From Aulosira sp. ZfuVER01 (GTDB lineage: Bacteria > Cyanobacteriota > Cyanobacteriia > Cyanobacteriales > Nostocaceae): a stretch of DNA of 64,000 nucleotides. The translations under genes were made by a program, and so were the position numbers. The notes under the pieces were generated by a model that saw only the letters and a program-made list of their open reading frames with translations, searched no databases and was not told the DNA's origin. Shown here piece after piece: positions 10,385 to 20,232 of the stretch. The DNA is taken from assembly GCA_034530615.2 (NCBI GenBank), contig JAVRCV020000028.1, positions 32,001-96,000 of the forward strand, read 5' to 3'. Position 1 is the stretch's first letter. Each line of letters begins with the position of its first letter.

Positions 10385-10407
10385 GGGGTAAGCATTTCGC
10401 TTACCCC
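10385..10407. terminator. Rho-independent terminator, likely bidirectional
   Basis: ggggtaagc-atttc-gcttacccc perfect stem with an A-tract on the left, between convergent genes. Confidence 0.75.
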
Positions 10408-10438
10408 TATCTTTAACCGATGAGTGATTTAAATTAAC

Positions 10439-11032
10439 TTATCTAAATGTGCCTTTGACTGCGTCCGCTGCATCTTCAGCTGAACGTTGAACATTTGTCT
10501 TGGCATCTTCGCCTACACGTTGGGCATTTTTGCTCAAACCTTCAGCAGCATTCTGGGTGTTTTCTTTAATATTTGCAATGCCGCGCTTGGTTCCCTTACC
10601 AACGCCTTCCCCTACTTCTTGAGCAGAGCTACCAATATCTTCTCCCAAGTTCTTCACTCTTTGACCAAAGGGTGTACCTTGGCGATAATTTTCTACATAT
10701 TGCCCTGGACTATCAATACCCTTTTCATCAACGTTTCTCTGAGCATTGTCCCGCAGAGCCTTTGCTCTGGTTTCTGCTGCGCGTTGATCTCTCTCTGCTC
10801 TAGCATCTACATCATTAAAGTTGTTCATTCCACCTCGAGGAGAATTGAGATCGTAGCTTTTTGTGGGATCGTATCTTTCAGCATTAGGTGGCTGAGAACT
10901 GGGTTGTGATGGCTGTGCAGCTATTCCGGGATTATTACAAGCTTGTGTCAGCAATAGGAAGAGACTGGCTACAAAAGCCGTTAAAACTTTCGCGGGACGA
11001 ATGTTTGTAAACCAAGCAATAACTCGTTTCAT
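10439..11032 (-). CDS. Putative lipoprotein, hydrophilic LEA-like C-terminus
   Basis: Signal peptide with lipobox LTQAC; GGMNNFND motif; A/E/K/Q-rich repeats. Confidence 0.7.
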   Translation of the reverse strand: MKRVIAWFTNIRPAKVLTAFVASLFLLLTQACNNPGIAAQPSQPSSQPPNAERYDPTKSYDLNSPRGGMNNFNDVDARAERDQRAAETRAKALRDNAQRNVDEKGIDSPGQYVENYRQGTPFGQRVKNLGEDIGSSAQEVGEGVGKGTKRGIANIKENTQNAAEGLSKNAQRVGEDAKTNVQRSAEDAADAVKGTFR

Positions 11033-11129
11033 TTTGCTACTCCTTACGTCGTTTTGCGGAATTTAAACTTTAACCAAGATGGTTTTGGGGATGTTTACCC
11101 TTTTCAAGTCCAGTGGAAAAACAAAAGTT

Positions 11130-11708
11130 TTATCTGCCTACTGCTGGATCTTTTTGCAATTCGGGTCTAGCACTTGCTTCATTTGCTTTATCTTTTAAAA
11201 AGCTAGAAGCATCTTGGACAGTTTCTTTGACAGTTTCAAGGCGCTCTTTGACACGAGTGCCTACATTTGGTTCGCGCTGAATTAAACCACCTGGTTCGGG
11301 TTGTTGGAAATTCTTTTCTGTAATTAGTGGTAATTCTGCTTCTTTTTGTAATCTACCTGCTGGTGTTTCTGCACCAGGGTAAAGTATTTCGGATTCGCGA
11401 TTTCCTGTAGTTGTGGCAATCAATAGTGGTGAACTTGGCTCTGGCAAGCTAGCTTGATCGCGCTGATTGCGGCTGCTAGAGTTAGTAACTTTTGGATCGG
11501 TGGACATTCTATAACTGGTATATTTATCCCCACCGTTTTTATATGGATTGTTTGCTCCGCCAGCTTGTACGGCTGGATTTTGAGGATTTGCCCCTTGAGC
11601 ATTTGCTCCACTACAAGCAGTGCTAACTATCAACAATAGACCGGCTAAAAATACAGTCAAAATCTGTCGCAGCCGCAGTTTTTTCAATAAAGCTGTCAAA
11701 CGATTCAC
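11130..11708 (-). CDS. Putative lipoprotein, cyanobacterial family
   Basis: LRQILTVFLAGLLLIVSTAC lipobox; GGANNPY motif. Confidence 0.7.
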   Translation of the reverse strand: MNRLTALLKKLRLRQILTVFLAGLLLIVSTACSGANAQGANPQNPAVQAGGANNPYKNGGDKYTSYRMSTDPKVTNSSSRNQRDQASLPEPSSPLLIATTTGNRESEILYPGAETPAGRLQKEAELPLITEKNFQQPEPGGLIQREPNVGTRVKERLETVKETVQDASSFLKDKANEASARPELQKDPAVGR

Positions 11709-12295
11709 TAAGTCCTCCTTTCAACTATGAGCAAGCCAACTTTCGCTGAACATTATTGATTGCTCAGTGAAATTCGCTGCTTTTAATTGACTATTGTTGT
11801 TCAACAATTATTTAGAATATGTGTTTAAAAAAAGCTTTCCCTCTAGCGTAGGTCACATTTGTGATATGCCCAATCCACTATTTTTATCTAACTCAAGAGA
11901 GATATTATCTAAGTTAATTAGTTACTGTTCCCGATTACAGCTATTTAAGCTATTTTCGGTAGTATATACTTTTTCTTATAAATTCATCTCTCTATTTATG
12001 TTTACTAATAAGAGTTTGTTACGGAATATTAAATATAGATGAAATTATAAATCCTATTAATTAATAGACTTTTGATATGTGAGTATGTAAAATCTACAAC
12101 GCTGATTCTCTGATATTTTTATTTGATGATAAAATTTTAGGAATTGTAGTTAAAATTCCATAAGTTCGTTAAAAGAAATACATCAAATGATTTTAATTCA
12201 CCAGTATTGTTGCTCGAATAATTTGTTGATATAGCTGATGTAGCCTAAAATTTGAGATGTTCAGCCCTAGAAGATTTAACCGTTAAATTACTGGA

Positions 12296-13210
12296 ATGTG
12301 GAAGAAAATTTTACGTTGGATGATTTTAGGCGGGACGCTGTTTTTTTTGGGGAAAGCCTTAAAGGATCACTGGTTAGAGGTAATCAATATCCAGATTGAT
12401 GCAATGGGATGGGCTATTTTGGCGATCGCAACTGGTGTAACTTTACTAGCACATACTTGGGCAGGCTGGATCTGGACTTGGGTACTACACGAGTTGAATC
12501 AACCTGTACAATCTTTAGAGTTCATCCAGGTTTACCTCAAAACCAACGTAGCCAAGTATTTACCAGGTAATGTCTGGCACCATTACGGGCGAATTATCGC
12601 CGCCAAAAATGCTACAGGTTCTATAGGTGCGGCTACATTAAGCGTGGTGTTAGAACCACTGCTCATGGCGGCAGCAGCTTTAATTATTATTGTGTTATTT
12701 GGTACTGAATTTGCGGTTGCCAATACTAATATTGTGTGGCAAATATTACAATTTCTCTGTTTGGCTGGGATACTTTGTGCGCTTCATCCCTGGTTTTTGA
12801 ATCCAGTTATTCGGTTTGTACAGAGATTGAAAGCAAAAAAGCTTGAGAAAGATAGCAACTCCAGCTTTAATCTCAAAATTGAACGTTATCCCTTACGCCC
12901 GTTGTTAGGAGAATTAGGTTTTTTGGGACTGCGTGGTACAGGATTTATCTTAACTCTCTTTGCTTTGGGACCTTTAAACGCAAGCCAAATTCCCTTATTG
13001 CTAGGGGCTTTTAGTTTCGCTTGGTTGTTAGGGTTTGTGGTTCCGGGTGCGCCTGGTGGGTTAGGTGTGTTTGAAGCAACCGCGATCGCGCTTTTGCAAC
13101 ATCATTTTCCAGCAGCCTTAGTGATTAGTGCGATCGCACTATATCGTCTGATTAGCATTATCGCTGAAACTGCCGGTGCTGCCCTAGCTTGGCTAGATGA
13201 GCGTTTATAG
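12296..13210 (+). CDS. UPF0104/YbhN (lysylphosphatidylglycerol synthase TM-like) membrane protein
   Basis: AKYLPGNVW, PGAPGGLGVFE, LYRLIS; multiple TM segments. Confidence 0.85.
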   Translation: MWKKILRWMILGGTLFFLGKALKDHWLEVINIQIDAMGWAILAIATGVTLLAHTWAGWIWTWVLHELNQPVQSLEFIQVYLKTNVAKYLPGNVWHHYGRIIAAKNATGSIGAATLSVVLEPLLMAAAALIIIVLFGTEFAVANTNIVWQILQFLCLAGILCALHPWFLNPVIRFVQRLKAKKLEKDSNSSFNLKIERYPLRPLLGELGFLGLRGTGFILTLFALGPLNASQIPLLLGAFSFAWLLGFVVPGAPGGLGVFEATAIALLQHHFPAALVISAIALYRLISIIAETAGAALAWLDERL

Positions 13211-13228
13211 CTGAATGCTCATCCAGTC

Positions 13229-14560
13229 TTACGTTTGTGCATCTACTTTTAATTGTGAAAATACACGGTAATCATCTAGATTTTGAGAATTACAACTTTG
13301 GTTATCTTCTTTCATTTTAATCAAGTTGTATTCTACATTCTCAGCATAAATTGCAAATGTAATATTAAAAAATTCTAGAAAATTAATAAACCAATTACAT
13401 TCATTTTCGGGATAGCTTTCGTAATAATTAATTAAATCAGCAATCCGAATTTCTAAATGGCTGCGAGCATTTCTACAAATTAAAATAATTTTTAGCAGGA
13501 TAATTACTAATGTCAGAGGATTGCCTCCAGCCAGTAATAAAATAAATAATGGCGAAGGTTCTTTGCCAGTTTCTATTGTTAAAGAATCGATGACTCGGGT
13601 ACAAGTTCTTAATATTAAGTTATTGGTAATAATGTCTTCATTAGATTCTTGTTTCCAAGGATAAAGCTTTTCTGATAAGTGCTGCGTTACAGCAGTTACT
13701 AATTCTTTGTTTTCTACTGTAAAGAATAAATATTTTTGAATACTTTCCTTAAAGTTTTTAAATGTTTGATTTTTTGTCTGCTTGAGAAATATGTTGGCAA
13801 GGTTTTCATAACTAAATACACCTTTTTTCAGTACTATCATTTTGATAATACGTAAAACATTATCGCCCAAAATGCTGGGATTTCTATAGCGGTTTGTACT
13901 TGAAGCCGCAGACTGAGAACGAGCAATATACATTGCTAGTTCAAACTTGTATTTATCTTTCATCTGTTTGGAAAGCTTTCTGGCTACTTCTTGCTGCTCT
14001 TTTGGTCTTTTAGCATCATAAGATTGAGCTACTAATAAATAAGAAGTGTAGCGATTAGCCCAATTATTTTTTCCTTCTTGCTTGAGTGCTTGTTTTTTGT
14101 ATTTAGAAGCTAAAACCTTGAGTGCTTTATAGTCTTGACTTCCAACAAAGTTTTTCAACCAGCCTTGGAAAATCTGAGTGCGAGGATCGGTTGTATCTAT
14201 CGAGGGTTTATAGGTGTCAAATAATTTAATTAATTCTTGGATTTGCTTGTATTTTCTTTGAGCTTCCCAATTATTAACTATGATGTAAAAACAACGTTTT
14301 ACTGTGTAATAAAAATCTTGCTCGGTTTCTAAAAAGGAAATTTCGTAGATTCCTGTAGCTTTACCGAAATTAACTGAGTCAAGAAAATCTATAAATAAAC
14401 GTTTAAACTCGCGTAAAACATCCTCTGACGGCCATTTTTGGACAATTTCTACCAAAAAGCTGTAAAGCTTTTCCTGGGGACTTTGGAGACTAATCTGTTT
14501 AGGTTTAGACTTAACAATATCTTGATGTCCCTGACTACTTTGTAAACTATTAGTTGTCAT
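13229..14560 (-). CDS. Hypothetical helical protein (start uncertain; the ORF track extends it to 14644)
   Basis: Long AT-rich ORF with no recognised catalytic motif. Confidence 0.7.
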   Translation of the reverse strand: MTTNSLQSSQGHQDIVKSKPKQISLQSPQEKLYSFLVEIVQKWPSEDVLREFKRLFIDFLDSVNFGKATGIYEISFLETEQDFYYTVKRCFYIIVNNWEAQRKYKQIQELIKLFDTYKPSIDTTDPRTQIFQGWLKNFVGSQDYKALKVLASKYKKQALKQEGKNNWANRYTSYLLVAQSYDAKRPKEQQEVARKLSKQMKDKYKFELAMYIARSQSAASSTNRYRNPSILGDNVLRIIKMIVLKKGVFSYENLANIFLKQTKNQTFKNFKESIQKYLFFTVENKELVTAVTQHLSEKLYPWKQESNEDIITNNLILRTCTRVIDSLTIETGKEPSPLFILLLAGGNPLTLVIILLKIILICRNARSHLEIRIADLINYYESYPENECNWFINFLEFFNITFAIYAENVEYNLIKMKEDNQSCNSQNLDDYRVFSQLKVDAQT

Positions 14561-15037
14561 GCCTGCTTTAAAGACCCAGAAGCTTGCTGATTTTATTGTT
14601 ATCAGCTTAACCTTGGTAAACAAGAGCTTCAATCTGTTATTCAAAAATTAAGTAATTTTTTTGGCTAAATTTGTTTAGGAATAGTAAAATTTCCGAGAAA
14701 TTACGGAAGCTAAATTTTAAAAATTAACTTAATCCTTTGCACCGAGAGCAGTTCAGAGGAATTGAGTAAGAGACTTCTAAATAAAAAATATCCCATCGCG
14801 TTGAGGGTAGGGGGCTTCCAGGTAGTGTATTTCGAGTCTAGTGAAGACTTGGAAATGACCGCAAAAAACCCAGTTACTAGAAGCAATTAACAGCGAACTC
14901 CTAGAACCTGCGATCGCAAAACTAAAAAAAGTTTAGTAGTAATTATCGAGGGGATCGGGGTTTCAGGCTTCAGTGCGTAACAAAAAAAGGGGCAGGCAAC
15001 CCCACCCCATTTATCTAAACCAGGAAACCCAAACTTT

Positions 15038-17251
15038 CTATACCAGAACCTTAGCCAAAATTGGTTCTACACTGGTAGCAATTTCTGGGACATACACCTG
15101 AGAAACGTAGTCTGCAATCATTCTGTCGGTGTTGAACAGTGGAGAATTTGTCTTAATTGATGCTTTCATCATCTGCACCCAACGCTGGGGAACACCTTGA
15201 GCATTTTGGTCATAGTACAGGGGAACAATTTCTTCTTCCAACAGCTGATAGAGCGATCGCGAATCTATGCGATCCTGTAATTCTTGATCGCTAGTATGCG
15301 CATCTTCACCAATTGCCCAACCATTAAGTCCTTTGCCATCGCTGCCGGCTTTGTAGCCTTCGCACCACCAGCCATCAAGGACGCTGCAATTCAAACCACC
15401 GTTAAAGCAGACTTTTTGCCCACTTGTACCAGAGGCTTCTAAAGGACGACGGGGGTTATTTAACCACACATCCACACCTTGCACCAGTTTTTGTCCGGTG
15501 TAAATGTCGTAATCTTCAATAAAGGCGACTCGGTTAATAATCGCTGAATTGTGACACCACTCCATCAATCTTTGGATAATCCGCTTGCCTTCTTCATCGG
15601 CTGGGTGTGCTTTACCTGCAAAGACAATTTGTACTGGACGTTGGGTATTGCCAAAAATTTTCAACGCCCGTTCGGCATCACGTAAAATTAGATCTCCACG
15701 TTTGTAAGGGCTAAAACGTCGGGCAAATCCAATAGTGAGTACGTCGGGATCGAGTAGGGTTTCAGTCGCTTGAATTAGTTCGTAACTTTCACCCCGTTGT
15801 TCCCGTGCTTTTTTGACTTTATAACGGGTGAAGGCAATCAATCTTTCCTTCAGCACTCGATGTCGCCACCACAGTTCCTCATCGGGAATTGCATCAACCT
15901 TCGCCCACATTTCGGGGTTCATGGCCTGAGTTTTCCAATCTTCTCCCAAATACTGATTGTACAAGTCAGCTAATAAGGGAGCAGTCCAAGTAGGTGCATG
16001 AACGCCATTAGTAATGTAACCAATGGGGACTTTAGCTTCGGAATGTTGGGGATAAAGAACTGTCCACATTTTGCGGGAAACTTGACCGTGCAATTCACTT
16101 ACGCCATTACAAGCACGAGTCATCCGCAACGCCAAAACGGTCATACCAAAGGGTTCCCAAGGATCGCCCAGTCTTCTCGCACCTAATGCCAAAAATTGCT
16201 CGCGGGAAAGTCGTAATTGCGTCCAGTAGTGCGCAAAGTAGGAATCGATTAAATCGGGTGAGAAGACATCGTGTCCGGCGGGAACGGGGGTATGGGTGGT
16301 GAATACGCAACGATTCCGTACTGTGGCTTCAATGTCATAGAAAGATTTGCCAGTCCGTTCGATTTCTAAACGGGCAACTTCTAATGTACAGAAGGCGGCG
16401 TGTCCTTCGTTGAGGTGATAGACAGCAGGTTGAATTCCTAAAGCATCTAATGCTCTGACACCACCAATACCTAATACTACTTCTTGGGCGATGCGGGTTT
16501 CTAAGTTACCGCCGTAGAGGTGTCCAGTTAACCAGCGGTCAATGGGATCGTTGTCTTCGCGATCGCTATCGAGTAAATATAATGTGACTCGCCCTACTTG
16601 TACTTTCCAAATTTGAACTTTTACCAGCCGTTGGCGAACTTGTAATTGGATAGTCAGCGGTTCCCCATTTTGAGTTCTAATTAACTCAATTGGCATCCTT
16701 TGGAAGGGGTTATCAATGTAGTAATCTTCTTGCCAGCCATGACGATTTAAGCGTTGGCGGAAGTAACCTTGGCGATACAGCAAGCCCACACCCACCATCG
16801 GTACGCCTAAATCAGACGATGATTTCAGGTGATCCCCGGCGAGAATGCCTAAGCCGCCAGAGTAAACTGGTAGGGATTCATGAATGCCAAATTCTGCGCA
16901 GAAATAGGCGATAGGGTGTTCTTTGCTAAGTTGCGGTGCAACGCGACTTACCCATGTATCTTGCTGAAGCAGATATTGGTCAAACTCACGCGCTAAGGCA
17001 GATATCTGCTTCAGATAAAATGGGTCTTCTGCTAATTGAGTCAAACGTTCGTAGCTTGCTGACTCTAAAATTGCCACTGGGTTATGCCCACAGCGTTCCC
17101 ATTCTTGGGGATCAATAGTTTGGAATAAGGCTACGCGATCGCCACTCCAACTCCACCAATAGTTATAAGCCAAATCTGCCAAACGCTTCAGCGGAAAAGG
17201 TAACTTTTCACTTAAGCGTAAAGCTGCGTTAATTGCACTACTATGAGCCAT
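15038..17251 (-). CDS. glgP: Alpha-glucan (glycogen) phosphorylase
   Basis: YSGGLGILAGDHLK, LNEGH, ITNGVH, FARRF, EASGTSGQK (PLP lysine), SVLDGWW. Confidence 0.96.
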   Translation of the reverse strand: MAHSSAINAALRLSEKLPFPLKRLADLAYNYWWSWSGDRVALFQTIDPQEWERCGHNPVAILESASYERLTQLAEDPFYLKQISALAREFDQYLLQQDTWVSRVAPQLSKEHPIAYFCAEFGIHESLPVYSGGLGILAGDHLKSSSDLGVPMVGVGLLYRQGYFRQRLNRHGWQEDYYIDNPFQRMPIELIRTQNGEPLTIQLQVRQRLVKVQIWKVQVGRVTLYLLDSDREDNDPIDRWLTGHLYGGNLETRIAQEVVLGIGGVRALDALGIQPAVYHLNEGHAAFCTLEVARLEIERTGKSFYDIEATVRNRCVFTTHTPVPAGHDVFSPDLIDSYFAHYWTQLRLSREQFLALGARRLGDPWEPFGMTVLALRMTRACNGVSELHGQVSRKMWTVLYPQHSEAKVPIGYITNGVHAPTWTAPLLADLYNQYLGEDWKTQAMNPEMWAKVDAIPDEELWWRHRVLKERLIAFTRYKVKKAREQRGESYELIQATETLLDPDVLTIGFARRFSPYKRGDLILRDAERALKIFGNTQRPVQIVFAGKAHPADEEGKRIIQRLMEWCHNSAIINRVAFIEDYDIYTGQKLVQGVDVWLNNPRRPLEASGTSGQKVCFNGGLNCSVLDGWWCEGYKAGSDGKGLNGWAIGEDAHTSDQELQDRIDSRSLYQLLEEEIVPLYYDQNAQGVPQRWVQMMKASIKTNSPLFNTDRMIADYVSQVYVPEIATSVEPILAKVLV

Positions 17252-17858
17252 AAAACTTTAAACTCTCTGTTAGTTTTTTCTATTTCACTTCACATTTGAT
17301 GCCCAAATAATTGCTCTTCAGGTTAATTGCAACTGAGTCTTCTTTGATGATTTATCACCTGAAGTCGGAGTAGGTTATCGACATCAACTCCGAACCAATT
17401 TAATGGTTTTTCTTTTTTCTATCTTTTACAGATTATCTCTGCTTTTGAGTATTTTTTTTATCAATTTCAATCACATTATTTTAATTAAGCTATTCTCTTG
17501 TTAAGAATTATTTTGTAATTGTAATATTCAAAAATAATTTCAGATGAAACTTGACTGAACAAAGGCAGAGGGGCTTTATTATGACATCTGCCTTCCTACT
17601 TCTGCCTTCCTAACATTGTCATTACTAAACTAATTTTTAACAGTTAAATACTGTATTTTTACTGTGATTTATCGAAAATTTGAATAAATTCCCTACACTT
17701 AAACTTTAAGTCAAATTAATGTGAAATCGGCGGTTAGAAACCACATCTACACAAACAAAACCTGCCGACTCAGGGCTTGAAAACCTTAAAGTCGGGAATC
17801 TGACCAGCTGGGATCGGGTGTAGAATGGCAGCGACACAACCTTTCACAGGAGAGATAC

Positions 17859-18509
17859 GTGAGCATTTATCTCGATTCGGCAATCATCGCTGAAGCCCAG
17901 GCTGCTCAGAAATTGGGTTGGGTAAAGGGGATCACAACCAACCCAACTCTTTTGGCAAAAAGCGATTTACCAGTAGAGACTGCACTCAAACAACTGGCAC
18001 AGTTGACTACAGGCCCCGTGTTTTACCAGTTGATGTCATCTGACTTTGATGAGATGTTGGCAGAAGGACGGGCGGCTTTTGAAATTATTGGCAAGCAGAC
18101 TGTATTGAAGATTCCCGCATCATTAGTTGGCTTTCAGGTAGTTGCAGCATTAGCAGGAGAAATTTCCTGTGCTGTCACAGGAATATATCATGCATCCCAA
18201 GCAGCTGTAGCCAGAGAGGCGGGTGCAAAATATGCGATCGCTTATGTGAATCGAGCTACTAAACTTTTAGGTGATGGAGCAGCCTTGGTACAGCAGATGG
18301 CTAGTGTGGTGGCAGGTAGCAGTACAGAAATTATGGCAGCTAGTATCAAATCTCCCGAAGAAGCAGTAGCATCCCTCCAAGCAGGTGCTAATCATCTGAC
18401 TCTACCTTTGGGAATGTTGCAAGCTATGACCACACATGAACTTTCCCTGCAAACTATTGATGAATTTGCCAAAAATGGGCGTGGCATTTGGATATCTTGT
18501 AAGTTGTGA
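17859..18509 (+). CDS. Transaldolase / fructose-6-phosphate aldolase family protein
   Basis: YLDSA, GITTNPTLL, VLKIP (Schiff-base Lys), AASIK. Confidence 0.88.
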   Translation: MSIYLDSAIIAEAQAAQKLGWVKGITTNPTLLAKSDLPVETALKQLAQLTTGPVFYQLMSSDFDEMLAEGRAAFEIIGKQTVLKIPASLVGFQVVAALAGEISCAVTGIYHASQAAVAREAGAKYAIAYVNRATKLLGDGAALVQQMASVVAGSSTEIMAASIKSPEEAVASLQAGANHLTLPLGMLQAMTTHELSLQTIDEFAKNGRGIWISCKL

Positions 18510-18599
18510 GTCCAGAGTTCAATGACCATTGACAGACAATTAACACCTTAATAGCACCACAAGCAGATTAGGATATAATTGCAGCGCTTTGGGAAAATA

Positions 18600-18806
18600 A
18601 TGGCAGAAAAAATCACTGCTGTATTTGATGGCAGGGTGTTCTATCCTACTGAATCAATAGCCTTACCAGCCAATACTCGTGTACGGCTGAGTATCGAAGT
18701 TTTACCGCAGGAGAAACAGGAGAGTGTATCATTTCTAATGACCGCGCGATCGCTCAATCTCTCAGGGCCAGCTGATTGGTCTACCAAAATTGACAAATAT
18801 TTGTAG
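18600..18806 (+). CDS. Antitoxin (DUF104/AF2212-like VapB type)
   Basis: ITAVFDGRVFYP..I.LP.NTRVRL..GPADWS..IDKYL; directly upstream of a PIN gene. Confidence 0.8.
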   Translation: MAEKITAVFDGRVFYPTESIALPANTRVRLSIEVLPQEKQESVSFLMTARSLNLSGPADWSTKIDKYL

Positions 18807-18822
18807 GGTCTAAAAATTCAGC

Positions 18823-19251
18823 ATGAGGTCTGAAGTCTTTCTTGATACAACATTTGCGATCGCCTTGGCTGCACCGCAAGATAACTTGCATCGGCGTGCT
18901 GTCCACCTAGCAGAACTTTTAGAAACAGCAGGCACACGGTTAGTGACAACACAAGCCGTGATGTTAGAAATTGGCAATATTTTATCTAAACAACCATTAC
19001 GTCATGGGGCAGTCACCTTATTAAATGCCCTAGCCGCAGACTCTAGAGTAGAAATTGTACCTCTATCTCAGGAACTCTATGATAGAGCTTTCCAACTATT
19101 TTGCGATCGCTCTGAGAAAGAGTGGCAATTTAGTGATTGCGTATCTTTTATTGTCATGCAATATAGCGGAATTACCGAAGCTTTAACTGCCAATGAACAT
19201 TTTCTCCAGGCAGGATTTCGGGCATTATTGCGAGAAGAGTTACCTTATTGA
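18823..19251 (+). CDS. PIN-domain VapC-type toxin
   Basis: VFLDTTFAIAL, VMLEIGN, FSDCVSF, ALTANEHF..AGF. Confidence 0.88.
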   Translation: MRSEVFLDTTFAIALAAPQDNLHRRAVHLAELLETAGTRLVTTQAVMLEIGNILSKQPLRHGAVTLLNALAADSRVEIVPLSQELYDRAFQLFCDRSEKEWQFSDCVSFIVMQYSGITEALTANEHFLQAGFRALLREELPY

Positions 19252-19707
19252 AATAGTTAGCACAAACGAAGTACCATTTGGCAATTTACATCCAGAGGCG
19301 ATGTTTCAATCCCCTTGCGGGGTAATAGTTAGCGGAAACTCCGTAGGTTTAGGACAACATCCCATACGGCAAGTTTCAATCCCCTTGCGGGGTAATAGTT
19401 AGCGGAAACTTGGCAGACCACCGGGCCGTTCGTTTAGAAAATGGCGGTTTCAATCCCCTTGCGGGGTAATAGTTAGCGGAAACTTATGGTGGTCGCGCCG
19501 ATGCTGGCATGATCGTAGAACGTTTCAATCCCCTTGCGGGGTAATAGTTAGCGGAAACTCCCCAATTCACCCTGCAAAAAGCTTGATATCGACCCGTTTC
19601 AATCCCCTTGCGGGGTAATAGTTAGCGGAAACACTGTGGTTGATGCTGATGGAAAGGTAGTAGCGGCGATGTTTCAATCCCCTTGCGGGGTAATAGTTAG
19701 CGGAAAC
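19252..19707 (-). CRISPR. Orphan CRISPR array: 6 identical 37-bp repeats, 5 internal spacers, one more 35-bp spacer and a degenerate half repeat
   Basis: GTTTCAATCCCCTTGCGGGGTAATAGTTAGCGGAAAC at 19303, 19373, 19447, 19522, 19596 and 19671; spacers of 33, 37, 38, 37 and 38 bp; remnant AATAGTTAGCACAAAC at 19252-19267. Minus orientation is inferred from the ATTGAAAC 3' end and the position of the degenerate copy. Confidence 0.97.
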
Positions 19708-19915
19708 CCTGCGGTATTGAAACTGTTACAGAGCAAGGTTCCTGGGAAGGGTTTTGGCAGAGCGAAAATTTTGGTCATTTTCAGCCGACCTTATTGCAAC
19801 TAATTTGCATCTTCCCAAAGTTTTAAAACGCTGCAATTATTGATTTGTCAAGGTTCTGGCGATTTTGGCGCAGCCCTGGAGTTTTTGCCCCCACTTCGAC
19901 TTGCCAAAAATTGAT
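19708..19915 (-). promoter_or_regulatory. Probable CRISPR leader
   Basis: Non-coding, adjoins the intact end repeat; on the minus strand contains gccaaaatcgccagaaccTTGACA, resembling Nostocales leaders. Confidence 0.6.
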
Positions 19916-19984
19916 TTAGTAGCATCATAAAATGCTCATCGACTTTTGTCGAGATGTTAGTAAACTACACCAATTTGACAAAAG

Positions 19985-20065
19985 TAGGACTTACGCAAGA
20001 ACTCTCTCAAACTCTTATAGCTTCGTGTCCTTTGCGTCCTTTGCGGTTCGTTTTTGTAAGTTCTG
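19985..20065. repeat. Small dispersed MITE-like repeat
   Basis: aggacttacg...tgtaagttct imperfect ends with internal cctttgcgt tandem units. Confidence 0.5.
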
Positions 20066-20232
20066 AAAAGAATACCACAGATACATTTGTAGGATCAGGC
20101 TTTCCCAAATGTAACTTTCGCCACTTTTATGATCTTTTCATCTGTACAAGGCGAACAGAAAGAGATTTGCCAAGTTTGATACATATTTATTAAGAATAGT
20201 TACAAAAGCCGTAACACAAGGAAACATTTCTT

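Noticed and set aside
14768..14800. agagacttctaaataaaaaatatccca and similar sequence near 930-958
   Set aside because: They look like single ends of a dispersed repeat; no partner end was found, so no element was called.
19268..19302. 10-nt match (tggcaattta) between the trailer spacer and vapC
   Set aside because: Too short to indicate self-targeting; could easily be chance.
19193..19402. 69-aa ORF from the track
   Set aside because: It runs through the CRISPR repeats and spacers, so it is an artefact.
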